NCBI GenBank assembly: GCA_964270895.1
Contig: OZ185442.1
Origin: Podarcis filfolensis
Taxonomy: Eukaryota
Direction: 5' to 3' (one strand)
Length of the DNA: 64,000 nt
Within the stretch, counting starts at the first letter, position 1; each line of letters starts with the position of its first letter. Below, piece after piece: positions 26,965-41,900 of this stretch. Below the pieces are notes generated by a model. The model had not been told where the DNA came from and ran no database searches. It worked only from the letters and a program-made list of their open reading frames with translations. Both the position numbers and the translations under genes were made by a program.

Positions 26965-29900
26965 GCTTTTTTCCTGGTTGCATGGTTTAAGGGGGAAAGT
27001 TGTATAAATGAGTATCCCCATCAAACTTAGTGGGGTTTATTTCTGAAAAGACCTGCATAGGATTCTAATCTGCAGTAGCTATGATAAAATTGAAGCAAGG
27101 GCAGTCTTTACTCTGGATTAGCAGTCCAGAACATGTTGTCTTTGCCTCTGCTGATCATCAACTCCACCAACCACCAGCATGCGGCTTCCAACATATTATT
27201 TATGAGGAAATGCAGGACTTGATTATTTTTTTTAAAAAAAGGTTGCCCACCCCTGTGTTTAATAATGCTTTTAGAGCTCTGCAGGTGGGGGGAAAGAACA
27301 CCATAACCTGAAAACAGAGACTATCAAGATCACACACTGCCAAATGCAACATGCCGAGTTTGCAGAAAATGAACCACAACTAGAGAAAAACACCCAGCTT
27401 TACTGGATATTCCCCCAAGGCTACCTGACCGGTTTGAATGGAATCTCAATGCCAAACCATCAAGCCAGGGGGGAACTCAAGGGGAGTCCCACACTTCTCC
27501 TCAGCTATGTCAAGCAGAAAGATACTAACATTTACTTTTCCTTGGAAAGAATAAAAACTATGAACATTAACTTTAACATCTTTAGTGAATTGCTCAAAAG
27601 CTCCCTGGTGTAAAGACTTGAGTGTGGGCCGTCACAGCAGAGAAGTAACTAAGCAAATAGGTTGTCCACAATATTACCCATTCAGAGAATGCTCAAAGGC
27701 ATGAGATGGCTTCTCCCTTGGCTAAGGGCTATTCAGCGCAGAACAGCCTGCAGACATGGCCTTGTGCTTTGGAAAAGGAGCCTGTTCTGCCATTCTCACA
27801 CTCAGATCTGCCTGACCTATCAGGCTTCTAGAGGACAACAGTGGAATGCACTAAGCTATGCTTGACACTACAGACAGAAACAGTCTTCAAAGCACATGTC
27901 AGCAAACCCGGAGCCCTCAGAGTTTTCCATACAGCCACATTCCATTTCACTCCCTTCCTCAAATTGCTGCCTCCCCAAATTCATGCTCCCACAAGCCCAT
28001 ACAATGTCTTCTCCATGTAATTCACACTCCCTCTGCCCCTTATTACCAACACAATTGCTTTGCAAGCTGGGAAAAGCATGATTGTGATGATGACGACGGC
28101 ACATGGAAGGAGGGTAAACTCTCCCTGTGTTTGTCTTTCCCATGGAGTGTGTCTATGTTTGTGTGAATGGCCCCAACCATCATTGGCTCCAGGCACACCT
28201 ACTAGAATGGAGAACCTGCCACTACACTTGGCCCTCAACAATAAAAAGGATATCCACCTCTGCACCAAAGGGAGTTAGTCTGTTACAGCCTAAATAATGT
28301 ATATGTTGGCTCAGGTGTAAATCAATTAGATTCAAATTTAACTTTGAAAATATGAAGTTGGTGTTATATAATAGCTATAGCTTTTATAGTTTAGAGGTCT
28401 GTCCTTCTGCAAATGCTAACAAGTTACATTTAATAGACTGATGTCACTGGGTACCCTGGGGAGCCAGCTGTGTGCAGATAATAGTGAACTAGCTGGATCA
28501 ATGGTCTGGTATTATGGACACGTGTTGTCAGTGAATTCTGCAGCATGTTCTTGGAACCATAAAGATGCTTTAGTGGTGGATTTATTCTGCTTTATTAGTT
28601 GTTCTGCAATGCCACATTATTGCTGTCTGGAGGAGCTATAGAACAACAAACCCAGTACAAAAACAAACCCCACCAACAACATTTTTGGTATGAAAAGTTC
28701 TGGGATTCAGCAGAAGTTCCAGGACATGCACTGACTGGAAAGTAAGCATTTGAATACCCCAAAACTTTTGCAGGTGCCAAAAGTATTGAAGCGGAATCGT
28801 TTAAGACTGGCCTGATAGTGTAAGGGCTAAGCATGCCCTCAGCGGCTACTGTTGTTTTCTTCTGACCTAGAAGAAATGCATGCTAGGAACACATCAAAGA
28901 AAGCTGACTTGCTCTGTTGCTCTCCAGAGAGATGGGATTAATCATGCAAGTGTAGCATTCTGATTAGAATCTGGGTAAGGCCTAGTAGTTCTGATGGCTG
29001 TGGTAAATCTGTGCTTGGGCTGTGCCACTTCAGACTGCAGATGGGGCTCACATGATGAATGATCCTCCATATGAAATGTTCTCTGCATAAAGGAAAACTG
29101 ACATGTCTGAAAGAAGAATTCTAACCGTGGCACGCTCTTTTTCTAGGTATAGGAATTTATTTTCACAGGGGAGCATGCCATCAAGTGAGCCGCCACCTGC
29201 AACAGCAGTCACAGCTGTCATCGCTCTCCATGAGAACTAAGCCCATGTTGTATTATGGAACGGCAAGATAGAGAATACAACAGAACAGCTAGACCTTCTT
29301 TCTCCTGGGCAACTGTGAATGGTCTGCTGACATAAGACAGGTGAGCCCCTTAACATGCTTCACTTAACTGTCTGACCTAGAACCAGCCTCATGCAAAGAA
29401 GCAAAGGTGGCAAGCTGAAACATCAAGTGTCAAGGCTCAGGGGGAGGAGAGGGAAGCAAGGACAGACAGAGAAGGTGTTGCACAAGGGAGACAGGGATGC
29501 AGAACTATGGAGTAATGGATCACTAGCAGAATCCTAATGCTCAAAGACATTCTCCAAAAACATTCTTTTGCCATGTCCATTTTCTTTCAATAAAGCCCTG
29601 AAAATCTCACATTACACAACTTTTCATTTCACAAATTATTTATCAGATATAAGCAATTGGAGGAATAAGGGAAAAATATATCTTACCTCTATGCACAGCA
29701 GATTCTAAACACATTAGCAGGTAGGATAGTCGGGCCTCTCGGGAACGAGGAAGGTTCTCTACATTACAGTGGTACTTCTTTAAATCACTTTTGCAGGACT
29801 TTGCCAATGAGTAACTGACTTTGTAATCTTGTGCAATCAGCTTTTGCCTGGTCGTCAATGCATCACGACACTGAGGAAAACAATCAAATATCTTGTGCTA

Positions 29901-32900
29901 CTGATCAAGGGAACATCAAGGGAGCATTCTTTTGTCACCCAGAGGTAATTTGGCTCACAGTGGACAAAAGGAGTAGAACAGAAAATCCGCTGGCCTTGAA
30001 TTTTCAGAACAAGCCACTGCTAGAAATAGAATACATTGCTGCTAGTTTCAAATGCATCACTATTTCTAGAAAATCCAAGGCAACCTACAGCAGGAGGAAG
30101 GGAAATAATCGTGGGTAGCAAAAGTGCAGAGTTCTTAAAGCATTTCAACCACAAGCATAGCTTGTCATTTCAATTTGCTATTTATTGCTCATATACTGCT
30201 CAAAGAGTTGAGGAAGCAATGGGGCATTACAACTGGAATAATGATCAATAAAATGCTTTGTCTGCACTTTACTCAAAACGCTGTCTCTCAGGAATGTAAC
30301 AACATATCTCAAAGAAAAACATGCATGCCTTTAGAGAAGGTAACAAAGCAGCTCTCCCTCCTCAGAGATGTTAATTCTTATTGATGCAATTTAACTGCTA
30401 CCACACAAGGCAACTCTGTAACTGAGAGATGGGAAGTTCATCAACAGGTCACAGACAGAGTTACGGCTGCCTTTAAAAACACAGCTCTGAGCCTATACAC
30501 AGGATTCCATGTGCTCTTCCACCCACCACACCCTGATGAGGCAGGAGCAGACCAACCCTCAGATAATACACCATATTGTGTTTTAATTTGTTTCTTATCC
30601 ATTGCATGCTGTAAATAAATGAGGCGACCAAGAAGCAGGAGCTTTGGGGTCAAGAAGGATAGTGGAATGGCCAGGTGAAAGAGGCGCATACCTTTTCACT
30701 CATAGAGTCTTCAAACTTGTGGTTAAAGAGACACTTGTACACCCTGCCTTCCCCAGCCTGAGTCTGTGAAACAAAGCAACAATATTGGTCATGAACGTCA
30801 TATGGAAACGTATTAGGAGGATCCTGGTATCCATAATTTTTTTAAAAAAACATTAACACATTCATAGCCTCCTTTTTCTTCAAGGACCTCAAAGCAAAGG
30901 TACATGCAATTATCCCCATGTTACCCTAACAAAACCATTAAATAGGTTAGGCAAAATTATTTCTTTAAGGCCACTCAATGAGAGTGATAGCTAAGTGGCT
31001 ATTAAAACCCAGGTTTTGTATCCCACCAAGTTTTATTCAGAGCAAACCAGCTGAAAGTAATGGACCCATTAATTTCCATGGGTCTTCTCCACATATGCAC
31101 GTCTCTTCAGTCCAACTTCAGCATTCCATTCTCTACATCACACTGGCTACATTTTATCATAGGCCAACATTTTGTGATTTACAAGTCCTCTGTCATTTAT
31201 CTATGTTGTGCATGCTCATGACTAACACTTCCATGCATATTACTGAAATGAGTTCAATATATTGCCTATATTATCTGTAGTGCACCTTTGAGAGATCTGT
31301 TCTTGTATTCCTTAATTTGTTACATGTAGGAGCATTTACTGAATGACAAGGCAAGAGGAGAATGGGTGGGGAGATGGATGCTAGTCCAACGGGAAGGACG
31401 ATGTCAAGCAGCAACTTACGTTCTCACAGAAGCGTTCCCGGTCATCCCGGCAGGCAAAATATAAGTGCCGATCCAAGTGGAAATCATCCGAGGACAGCTC
31501 AGCTACTCGGAGAATAGCCTTTTTGCACAAGTCTGAGACCTTTATTCGTGGCTCAATCTCTTCTGCCTCCTTTACCAATCCTTTCTCCAGGCAGGCCACC
31601 ACCTCTCCTTGAGAATGGACATCCTGAAAGAAGAGAAAGAAGCTAAGCAGTAGCAAGACACACTTCCATTTAGCTCTTTTCTGCATGTTGCATTAGGAGC
31701 CTACAGAAGCATGTCTTACGTTGAAAGAACATGATTCAGTTCAGTACACCTGTGGTCCTTAATTTCTGTCCTCCACCCGGCCCAAGAAAGTCTGCAGCTG
31801 AAAACACCACTGTATCTCAATAAAATACCTGAGCCTGAAAGAGCATGCAGTTGACCTAAATTTGAAGGTACCCTCAATCTACCAAAGGCTAAAAGCACTT
31901 TCCCAGGGTGTGCCCCTTCCAGAGGACAGCCCAGATTCACTCACACAAGAAACATTCCTTCTGCCTAGCACTGGTATAAAATCACAGGGAGATAGGATAG
32001 TAATTTAAAATGCTGACCATAGAACGTGGTCACACTTCAACTGGCTTCTTCAGAGCAACATTGATTCTAATGAGACAATATCCTCTTCCCTCCCACCTCC
32101 AATTTAATGGACATGGAATCACTTTGTAACAGAATTACCTTTTCTCCAAGACGAATGCTGCCACACTTCAGGATGTTAATATCACTTCTGCAGTCATCCA
32201 TGAAGCCACAGATCAGGCGGTAATCACTGAAAATTATGGCTGTCATTTTGGTGATGTACTGGTGACACTGGTATTCAGTGATGTTTCCTCTGTGATCTAC
32301 CAAGCAGGACACCAAGTAACCTTTCCCAACAGGCTCATCAGCACACTCTTTGATCTGTCCAGAAAGACCCATGATAAAAAGAAGCCTGTATTTCATTTGG
32401 CATTTGCAGATCATTTTATTTACTGCCTACTCAGGGTGTTTCTCAATATAGAGAGATTTTATAAAAACAATGACACCAATTTTCAGAAAAGGGGATGGAA
32501 AAGGAGAGCCAACTGTTTATTCCCTAAAGGTTCCTGGAGAATGGAAAATGTGGGGTGTCAACCCTCACACCTCACCCTAAAAGCAAAAATGAACATAAAT
32601 TTTGCAAGCTCCACACTAAAAGGACCATGAAAGCAAGCTGTAATCACTCAATAACTTAAGATGTCATTGTTAGACTCTACATACAAAATACGGTGCTCAA
32701 GGGCAGTCAGGAGTCAGTCTCAAATGTAGCCAGGGCCTGTATCATTCAGTTACTTGAAAGCTGTTTTGAATTTAATCTTCTGGTAGCCAATGTAACCACA
32801 TGGCTGTAGTAGCTTAATCCAATAATAAAAGTCGATCTTCCACATTCAGAAATAGCTGCAAGTGACATAGCAGCATTCCTGCAATCTCTCATGTATGAGG

Positions 32901-35900
32901 GGTAATTACACATGGCTTTTTAAATCAGAGAATGAAGTGCAGTCTGCAGTTTTCTCCTATGAAATATCAGCATGATAAAGACAAATAGATATGAAATTGA
33001 GAAAAGCTGCTCAGGGCTGGTATTGGAAACCAATATTCTGAGCATGGTCTTAAATAGAGCAGGAACTGAGGTACTGTGTGCTTTTTCAGAGGATCAAGCT
33101 TTAAGTCAAGTTTACACAATCCATCAAATTTATTACATTTATGTCCTTTCTTTCCTCCAGGAAGCTTAAGACAGTTCCCTCTTTTGATCTTCACAGCAAC
33201 TTTATGAGGTAGCTCAGAACTAGACCATGTGACTGGCCAAGGTAATTCAGTAAGCTTCTGGCTGAATGACAATCTGGGTTGGGATTTCCCCATCCTACTG
33301 TGACAATCTACCAACAGTTCCCACCCACCCCCAAATTTTGGAGAAAATCCTTAAAAGCACTGAGTTCTTTTCATTGCACATGTGAGTAGAAAAAAACACA
33401 CACGACAAAAAGAACTTTGGGTAATTATTCATTTGCTGCTGGCTCAGCTCAATGTTACTCTTATGCTGCTGGAACTAGTTAAACAGGTTGAATATTGTTA
33501 ACATTAATTTGAGTGGATGAGATTATGTTTGAGTTTCTTTGGAGAAATAGGCAACATAGCATTTTTTTAAAAAAGCAAATAAATTTCAAGATCATCCCCA
33601 CTGGTCACCTGTTTACAGAATGCAACTAGGTCTGAAAAAAGCTAGGTCACTATGCTTGGAATCTGAGCACTGAGACATTGCTCCCCCTCTCTCTCTTTCT
33701 TAAATACTTTATGTACACTTACGCATCATACAAATAAACAATAAATAAAATGAACATGTAATACCAAACCAGAAACATACAAAGCAAAAAAACCCACATA
33801 AATACAGTGATGATAACAAAAACTACAGACAAGAATATAGACATTATATTCTCCTAAGAAAAAGAAAATATTCACTTCAAGAAAGAAGCTAAAAAGAAAT
33901 GGGGTTAAGAAAAAAGATGACTTCCAATTAACTCCATGTGGTTCATTCTTCTCATATCACTGGTTATCTGTAATGATTAAATTTTGGAGAAACATTTTTA
34001 TAACCTATCAGATTTTTATTCTAAGCTAAGCCAAGTATAATTCTGGGAATAGGTTCTCTTCATATAATTTACAAAGACTTCCCACTCTCTCCTTATTCTC
34101 TTATTTGAATAGTTTCTTATTAGACCTGTAAGTTTAGTCAGTTCGAGGTATTCTATTAATTTCAAAATCCATTCTTCTTTCGCTGGTATTATAGTACTTT
34201 TCCAATGTTTAGCAATTACTATTCTGGCTTAGTAACTGAATACAAAAATATTCCTTTATTATCTTTTGGGATGTCTGTTGTTATTAGGCTCAATAAAAAC
34301 ATTCCTGGTTTCTTTGGGAAAGTAAATCTTAGCATTTTCTTTAGTTCATCGTAAATACTGTGTCAATTTCTTATTTATTTTAGGGTATGTCCACCACATA
34401 TGGAGAAAGTTCCCTTCATTGTGATTGCACATCCAACACTTTCCGCTGGTATTTTTTATATATTTTAGCCAATTTCAAGGGTGTGAGATACTATCTGTAC
34501 ATCATTTTTTAAAAAACATTCCTTTATTGTGTAATATGCTGTAAACTTTATGTTCTTTCCCATAAATTTTCCCATTTTTCTCATTCAATTGAATAACCAA
34601 AATCTTGGGCCCACTTAACCATAACCTCTTTAACTTCTTCATCCTTTGTGCCAATTTAATAATAATTCATACATTTTGGACAGATTTTTTTCATCATTTG
34701 TGATCAATTCTTTATCTAATTCTGAGATTTAATATCATATCCATTGGTTTTTTTATATTTTTCAAAGATTGCATTCAGTTGGTGGTACTGTCTCGCCAAA
34801 GTGGTATATGCTCTAGTTATCTCCCGCTGCAATATCCTACTGCAATGCGCTCTATGTGGGGCTACCTTTGAAGGTGACCCAGAAACTACAACTAATCCAG
34901 AATGTGGCAGCTAGAATGGTGACTGGGAGCAGCCACCGATATCATACAACACCAGTCCTGAAAGACTTACATTGCCTCCCAGCACGTTTCTGAGCACAAT
35001 TAAAGTGTTCGTGCTAACCTTTAAAGTCCTAAACAGCTTCGGCCCAGTATACCTGAAGGAGCATCTCCACACCCATTGTTCTGCCCGGACACTGAGGTCC
35101 AGCACAGAGGGCCTTCTAGCAGTTCCCTCACTGCGAGAAGCAAAGCTATAGGGAACCAGGCAGAGGGCCTTTTCGGTAGTGGCCCCTGCCCTGTGGAATG
35201 CCCTCCCATCAGATGTCAAAGAGATAAACAACTACTTGGCATTCAGAAGACATCTGAAGACAGCCCTGTTTAGGGAAGTTTTTAATGTGTGACATTTTAA
35301 TGTATTTTCAATCTTTGTTGGAAGCCGCATAGAGTGGCTTGGGAAACCCAGCCAGATGGGAAGGGTACAAATAAATAATAATAAGAATATGATTAGAAGG
35401 GACCGGTTGGTTAAAGGCATACAGGTCGGAGCCAAACAGTATAAATTGAGAGCATTTGCAGATGACCTAGTTTTGACGTTACAGGAGCCAGAATCTAGTA
35501 CCAAAAGAGTTTTAGAATTAATTCAAGAATTTGGTCAGGTGGCAGGATTTAAACTGAACAAGTCCAAAACTAAGGTTTTAGAGAAAAATCTGACATTGTT
35601 TGAAAAAGAGAAATTTCAGAATGAAACAGGTTTGACTGTGGTGAAGAAAGTGAAATATTTGGGGATTAATATGACAGCTAAAAATGGGAATTTATTTAAA
35701 AATAATTATGAGAAATGCTGGTTAGAAGTGAAAAAAGATCTTGAAATATGGTCAAATTTGAAGCTTTCCTTGATGGGTCGAATTGCAGCTATAAAGATGA
35801 ATGTATTGCCTAAAATGTTATTTTTGTTTCAAACATTGCAAATTGTGGACAAGATGGATTGTTTTAAGAAGTGGCAGAAAGACATTTCTAAATTTGTCTG

Positions 35901-38900
35901 GCAGGGCAAGAAGCCCAGGATAAAACATAAGATTTTAACTGATGCAAAAGAAAGGGGTGGTTTTGCCCTGCCAGACTTCAAACTTTACTATGAATCAGCA
36001 GCATTCTGCTGGTTGAAAGACTGGCTGCTTCTTGAAAACACAGACATTTTGGACTTAGAAGGTTTTAACAACGTTTTTGGATGGCATGCATATTTGTGGT
36101 ATGACAAGGTTAAAGCACATAAAGCATTTAAAAATCACATTGTTAGGAGATCTTTGTTTAATGTCTGGATCAGATATAAAGATTTATTGGAAAATAAGAC
36201 CCCAAGGTGGTTGTCACCAATGGAAGCGAAAGCCCAGAAAAAGCTCAATATGGAGGCCAAATGGCCGAAATATTGGGAAATTTTGGAACAAGAAGGAGAC
36301 AGATTGAAATTGCAGAGCTTTGAGAAATTAAAAAACAAAGTGCGAGACTGGCTTCATTATTTTCAGATAATGGAGGCTTACAATTTGGACAAGAAAATTG
36401 GCTTCCAGGTGGAAAAATCTAAACTAGAAACAGAAGTGCTAGAACCTAAAACTAAGATTATGTCAAAAATGTATAACTTGCTGCTGAAATGGAATACACA
36501 GGATGAAACGGTTAAGTCAGCTATGATTAAATGGGCACAAGATGTTAGACATAACATTATGTTTGCTGACTGGGAACAGTTATGGACCACCGGTATGAAA
36601 TTTACGGCATGTAATGCCTTAAAAGAGAATATTATGAAAATGATATACAGGTGGTACATGACACCAGTCAAGCTTGCAAAAATATATCATTTGCCTGATA
36701 ATAAATGTTGGAAATGTAAAGAGACTGAAGGTACATTCTTTCACCTTTGGTGGACGTGCCCAAAGATTAAGGCTTTCTGGGAAATGATTTATAATGAAAT
36801 GAAAAAGGTATTTAAGTATACCTTCTTTAAGAAACCAGAAGCTTTTCTCTTGGGCATAGTCGGCCAGTTGGTGCCAAAGAAGGACAGAACTTTCTTTATG
36901 TATGCTACAACAGCAGCAAGAATACTTATAGCAAAGCACTGGAAGACGCAAGATCTACCCACTCTGGAAGAATGGCAGATGAAGTTGATTGACTGTATGG
37001 GACTGGCAGAAATGACTGGCAGAATCCGCGACCAGGGAGAAGAGTCGGCAGAAGAAGATTGGAAGAAATTTAAGGACTATTTACAGAAATATTGCAAAAT
37101 TAATGAACTTTGAAAGATGCTGGATTGAACTTATGTGGTCTCTAGCTGTTATGATAAAAAAAACTGGGATTAATATCGTTTAAGTTATAAAATTTAAAAA
37201 GTTGATTGGAAAAAAAGGTGTTAGTTAAAAGGAATGTTAAGAGATTAGGATTTGCTGGAATAATTTGAACTAGAAAACAAGAAGGGGAGGTATGAGGAAG
37301 TCAAAGAAACATGTTATTGAAAAATTGATATTGAAATTGATTTGTTTTTAATATTTTTCTTTTTCTTTTTCTTTTTGTCTTTGTATAAAACTGGAAAAAT
37401 TGAATAAATATTTATATAAAAAAACAAATAAATAAGAAGAAGAAGAAGAAGAAGAAGAATTGCAACCAGCTTATTCCTGTGCCTTTGTTTCATACTTCAT
37501 ATAAAGCTTTCCTAATAATGTGATTTAAAAATGCCTTATGAATTTTAATTTTATTGTAGCCCGAATAACCATGCCAACCTACTATGTTATCCCAGCCCTC
37601 AATGTCCAATAATTTGGTATTCTTTAATATCATTCAATCCTTGAGCCAAACCAGGCAAGCAGTTTCATAATAAATCCTAGGATCTGGCATTCTAAACCCT
37701 GTTCTATCTTTGACTTCTGTTAGTAATTTAAATTTAATTCTGGGTTTTTTTGCCCTGCCATATGTATTTAGCCAAGAATCTGTGCCCTTCTTTAAAGCAG
37801 TTGAGGCCATTGAGGATCGGAATGGATCCTCATTTTTGGTAAGACGACCATTTTGATTGAAGATATTCTTCCCCACAGCCAAAGTTTAATTTACTTCAGA
37901 TCTCTAAATCTTTTTTAATTTCTTTGCATACCTTTACATAATTATCTTCTATATAAATTAATATTTTTCATAGTAATCCAAATTCCTAAATATTTTGCTC
38001 TATTTGTTACTTTAAGTCCTATCTCTGCTTCTAAATCTGCTTTCTTGTATATCTAGAGTTTTCACCATGAGTTTTGTTTTCTCATTATAGTGGTACTTCG
38101 GTTTACAACCATAATCCATTCTGGAGGTCCGTTTGTAAACCCAAACAGGTTGTAACCCAAGGCGCGCTTTCACCAATGGGGCCTCTAAAAATTTTTTTTT
38201 GTAATCCAAAAAAAATGGATTGTAATCCAAAAAGAGGTTGCTAACTGGGACACGCACTTCTGGGTTTGACGTGTTTGTAATCCAGAATGAATGAAATCAA
38301 GACGTATGCAAACCAAGGTACCACTGCATTAATTTTGAATCCTAATAGTTGTCCAAATTCCTTCATTTTTTCCAATGTTGCTCAAATACTCACTAGTGGG
38401 TTTTCCATTGTGATTATTAGGTTGTCTGCAAAGGCCCTAACCTTATAAGCTCTTTGCCCAAGACGGTCTATCCTAGGATCTTCTCTTATTGCGTTTAAAT
38501 ATACTTCTAGGACTGTGATAAATAGGAGGGATAGAGATTCTAAAGGCTTCTGATGTTTCACCATTTATAATCAATCTTGCTTTTATTTTTGGCACTCTGT
38601 TGTTTATGAGAATTTTTTCTATTTTAGTTTCCTCAATCTTTTCTGCTTTGTATAAATTTTTATAGTAATTTACAAAACTTTTTTTGATTTTTTCAGGGTC
38701 ATTTGTAATTTCTCCTTTATCTATTATACCACTCATTGTTTTGTCTTTTTGTTTCTTTTTAAGTAACCATGCTAGCATTTTGCCTGGTTTATTTGCTGAT
38801 TCTGAAGTTTTTTGTTTGAGCCATTTAATTTTATTTACCACTTCATTATTTAATAGCAACAGAACTCATGTGTATTTGGTCCTATCCAAGGTGTGTAAGT

Positions 38901-41900
38901 TCAAGGGGTATGATTTTGGGAGAGAGAAAGGGCTGCTTCTGTACTTTACAACCATGGAGATATCTCTCTCAAGATAGCTAAAAAGGGGGCAGAAAAGCCA
39001 ATAAGGAGCATAGCCACGTTTTAGTGCTTGCCTAATATTGAAGAAATCTAATTGCATTTGCCGTCAACACAATGCTGCCTGTTGTTGTTTTTTGTTTTTA
39101 AGGTACTGTTGACCTAAAGCTGAATTTATGGTATGGCACACAAAAGGAAAGAGTATAAGGGAGGAAGCACTAGGATGAACTGCTTGTCAAACAGAACAAC
39201 CTTCTCAACTTAACCTTGAAATAACTAGAGCAAATCACAAATACCTGCAGAAACACTTGTTTTATTTGTCATTTATGCAGGGTCCCAACCACTACACAAC
39301 CAGAATATCCCAATTATATCTAGTCCATTTGTTTCAACCCTTGACTTTGGAAATGAACCCTTCACAGATTTATGCTACATTCTAAATTCCATTCCTCTCA
39401 ACCTAGCCAAAAGGTCCTACACTAGGTACAAGTGACAAAGCCTCACTGGTAAGCAATATCCCTCCAGATTTATTTTTTCCTTTAAATATGGCTATGTATG
39501 AAGATTTCCAAGTCTTGCCATCACTACCTTGAATCAGGAGAGAAGGAAAGCTATGAGTAGCCCTCAGAAAAATAGTGCTCGGAAAACTGCCTCAATGGAG
39601 CAATATTCAGAAAAGTGTTTTACTGGAAAATGCATCAGTGCGCTAATGACCTGAAGGCAAACACTTCCAGCAATTATACAAACAATTATGAAACTGTGAA
39701 TGACTGAAGCTCTTCAAGTAAACATAGTATTACTTTTTTTAACTTTAGAATTTATGAGCACAGTAACAGTGTTACAACGCCACCTTAGAGACTACATTTT
39801 ATAGAGTTTTCAGAGGATGAATGAACAATTCTAGACATTTTCCTGAATCCTGAAACTCCCAGGAGAGGATGCAGTTGCCTTACCAGTTGGTACTTTGATC
39901 CACAGACATCACCTGTTACTCTTCCAAAATATATTTCTCTAGTGTACCTTTCTTGCTAGCAAGTACAAGATGGTCTAGATCTACAGTAAAGGTTGGTGGT
40001 CCACCCATTCCATCAATTAAAATAGCCTTAGAAAAGTACTGAACGAAAGATCTCACGGTTTGCTGCTGTTCTGTTATGCGCTATTTAAAACATATTAATA
40101 ATTCTCTATTAAAAACCCTTTTGATATATTCATTTCAACAAGACTTCAATTCTTTCTTATTTAGAAATAAAATTAAGATTACTGCCCACCACCTAATCTT
40201 CCTCAGCCTTACCTCTGATATGGTAGACTTGCAAACCTCTCTAGCCACTGATTCAAATTTTGGATCTGTAGTCAGGTTCAACTTGTAGTTCCATAACAGC
40301 TGGGAGGAAAGAAACACAATACTGTTATTTTTCAACTGCAGGAATCTTTCATGAGCCAGACTTAAAACAAACTAATGATATCTTTATTGTGGTTTTGAGG
40401 CTGATTTGTGCAGGTTAAAATTTAAATCTATGTGAACACAAGCCAACCAACTCATTTCCTGCACAGCAGTTTTCATGTGATTTTCAGGAACACATGAATA
40501 TACTGATGCTCTGACATATGGAGAATACAGAACTTAGGGAAGCATGTGGGGTGTAAGTCTCATTTTTTAAAAAAAATCAAACGAGAGCTTACTTCTATGG
40601 CTCATAATCATGAAGCATCTCAAAACAAACAGAACCATAATTAGTGGAGCTTGGGCTTCTGTGCTTATGACAATCAGGCCAATCAGTCTTCTCCATGCCA
40701 TGCCATGAGAGCATTCCACTGCAGAGAAAGTTAAATAACCTATCTGTACCCTTCAGTTTGTGTGTGTGTGTGTGTGTGTGCGTATTTTGATTGTTATAGG
40801 CTAGAATGTTAGAATTCAACCAATATTTGAAGAATTAACAGAAGGTGCCTGACACTGAATTTAGCAGTGTAAAAATACATGCTAAACTTGATTTTATCCT
40901 GATCAAGGAATCATCTTTAAGAAACAAAGACAGTCGTGACCCATCAAGACTGGCCATCAGCAAAGCAAAAGCTGTGCCAGCCACAAACAGGAGGGGATCA
41001 TTAGTAAGACAAAAGACCAATAGTTTTGGTTTAGGATTATAGTTTGCCTGTTAGAAGTGAACAGGAAAAAGGTGTCTGTTTTACAAGCTTGGGGGAGGGG
41101 GAGCGCAAAAAAAAATGGATGACAGTCTTGTTTTATGATGCAGAAAGGGTCAGACACAATGTTTGGGAGCTCTTTGAATTCAAGGCTGCAGTAATGGAAG
41201 GAACAGGACCGTCTTGGGATGTAAATGCTCTGAACTCCCTCCATCTAGGCTAAGATTGTATATATGTGTAAATAAACCATGTATCATAAAGCTGCCACCA
41301 TCTCTGATGTGCCTCATTGTCCAAAACGAAAAACAGACCCTGGTAAGCATGCCTGGTACCCCAGGGATATAGATATAGGTAGAGATATGTGTCGGTGAAT
41401 AGCTGTTTCAGGTAGATGAGTGGAACAGGAAGAAAGAGACTTAAAATGCCCTGTCTACCCAATTCATTGAAAGAGTCATCCTATTAACACAATGTCCTCC
41501 AGTCCACTTTTTACTTTACTTTATTTATTTTTTAAGTTAACCATCCTTCATCTAAAGGGTGATGTATAACAATATTAAAATACAACAACAGGGAAATATA
41601 ATCCACTCTAAAGTAAAAACTAAAAAGGCAGCAGCTAAAATGCAAAAATGAGACCTAAGACAGATAAAGTCACTTTAAAATGCCTGGGCAAAAAAGGAAA
41701 TCTTAACTTTGCACCAAAAAGATTGTAATATCAGCACCAGTTTAACAAGCTGGGGTGCCACTGAATAGTATCATTTTAATTAAGGCATTCTTCTGTGCAA
41801 ACATAAGCCCAAACATCATACTATCCTACTTGACTGGATTTAGTACTTATGTTCCTACCAAGATGGTCACAAAAAAATCTAAATTGTCTATATAGATCAC

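Noticed and set aside
35356-37113. The 585-aa ORF as an autonomous retrotransposon or a domesticated host gene
   Set aside because: It lacks ORF1, the endonuclease and the RT N-terminus. It keeps an L1 3'UTR, polyA and TSD-like flanks, so youth explains the open frame.
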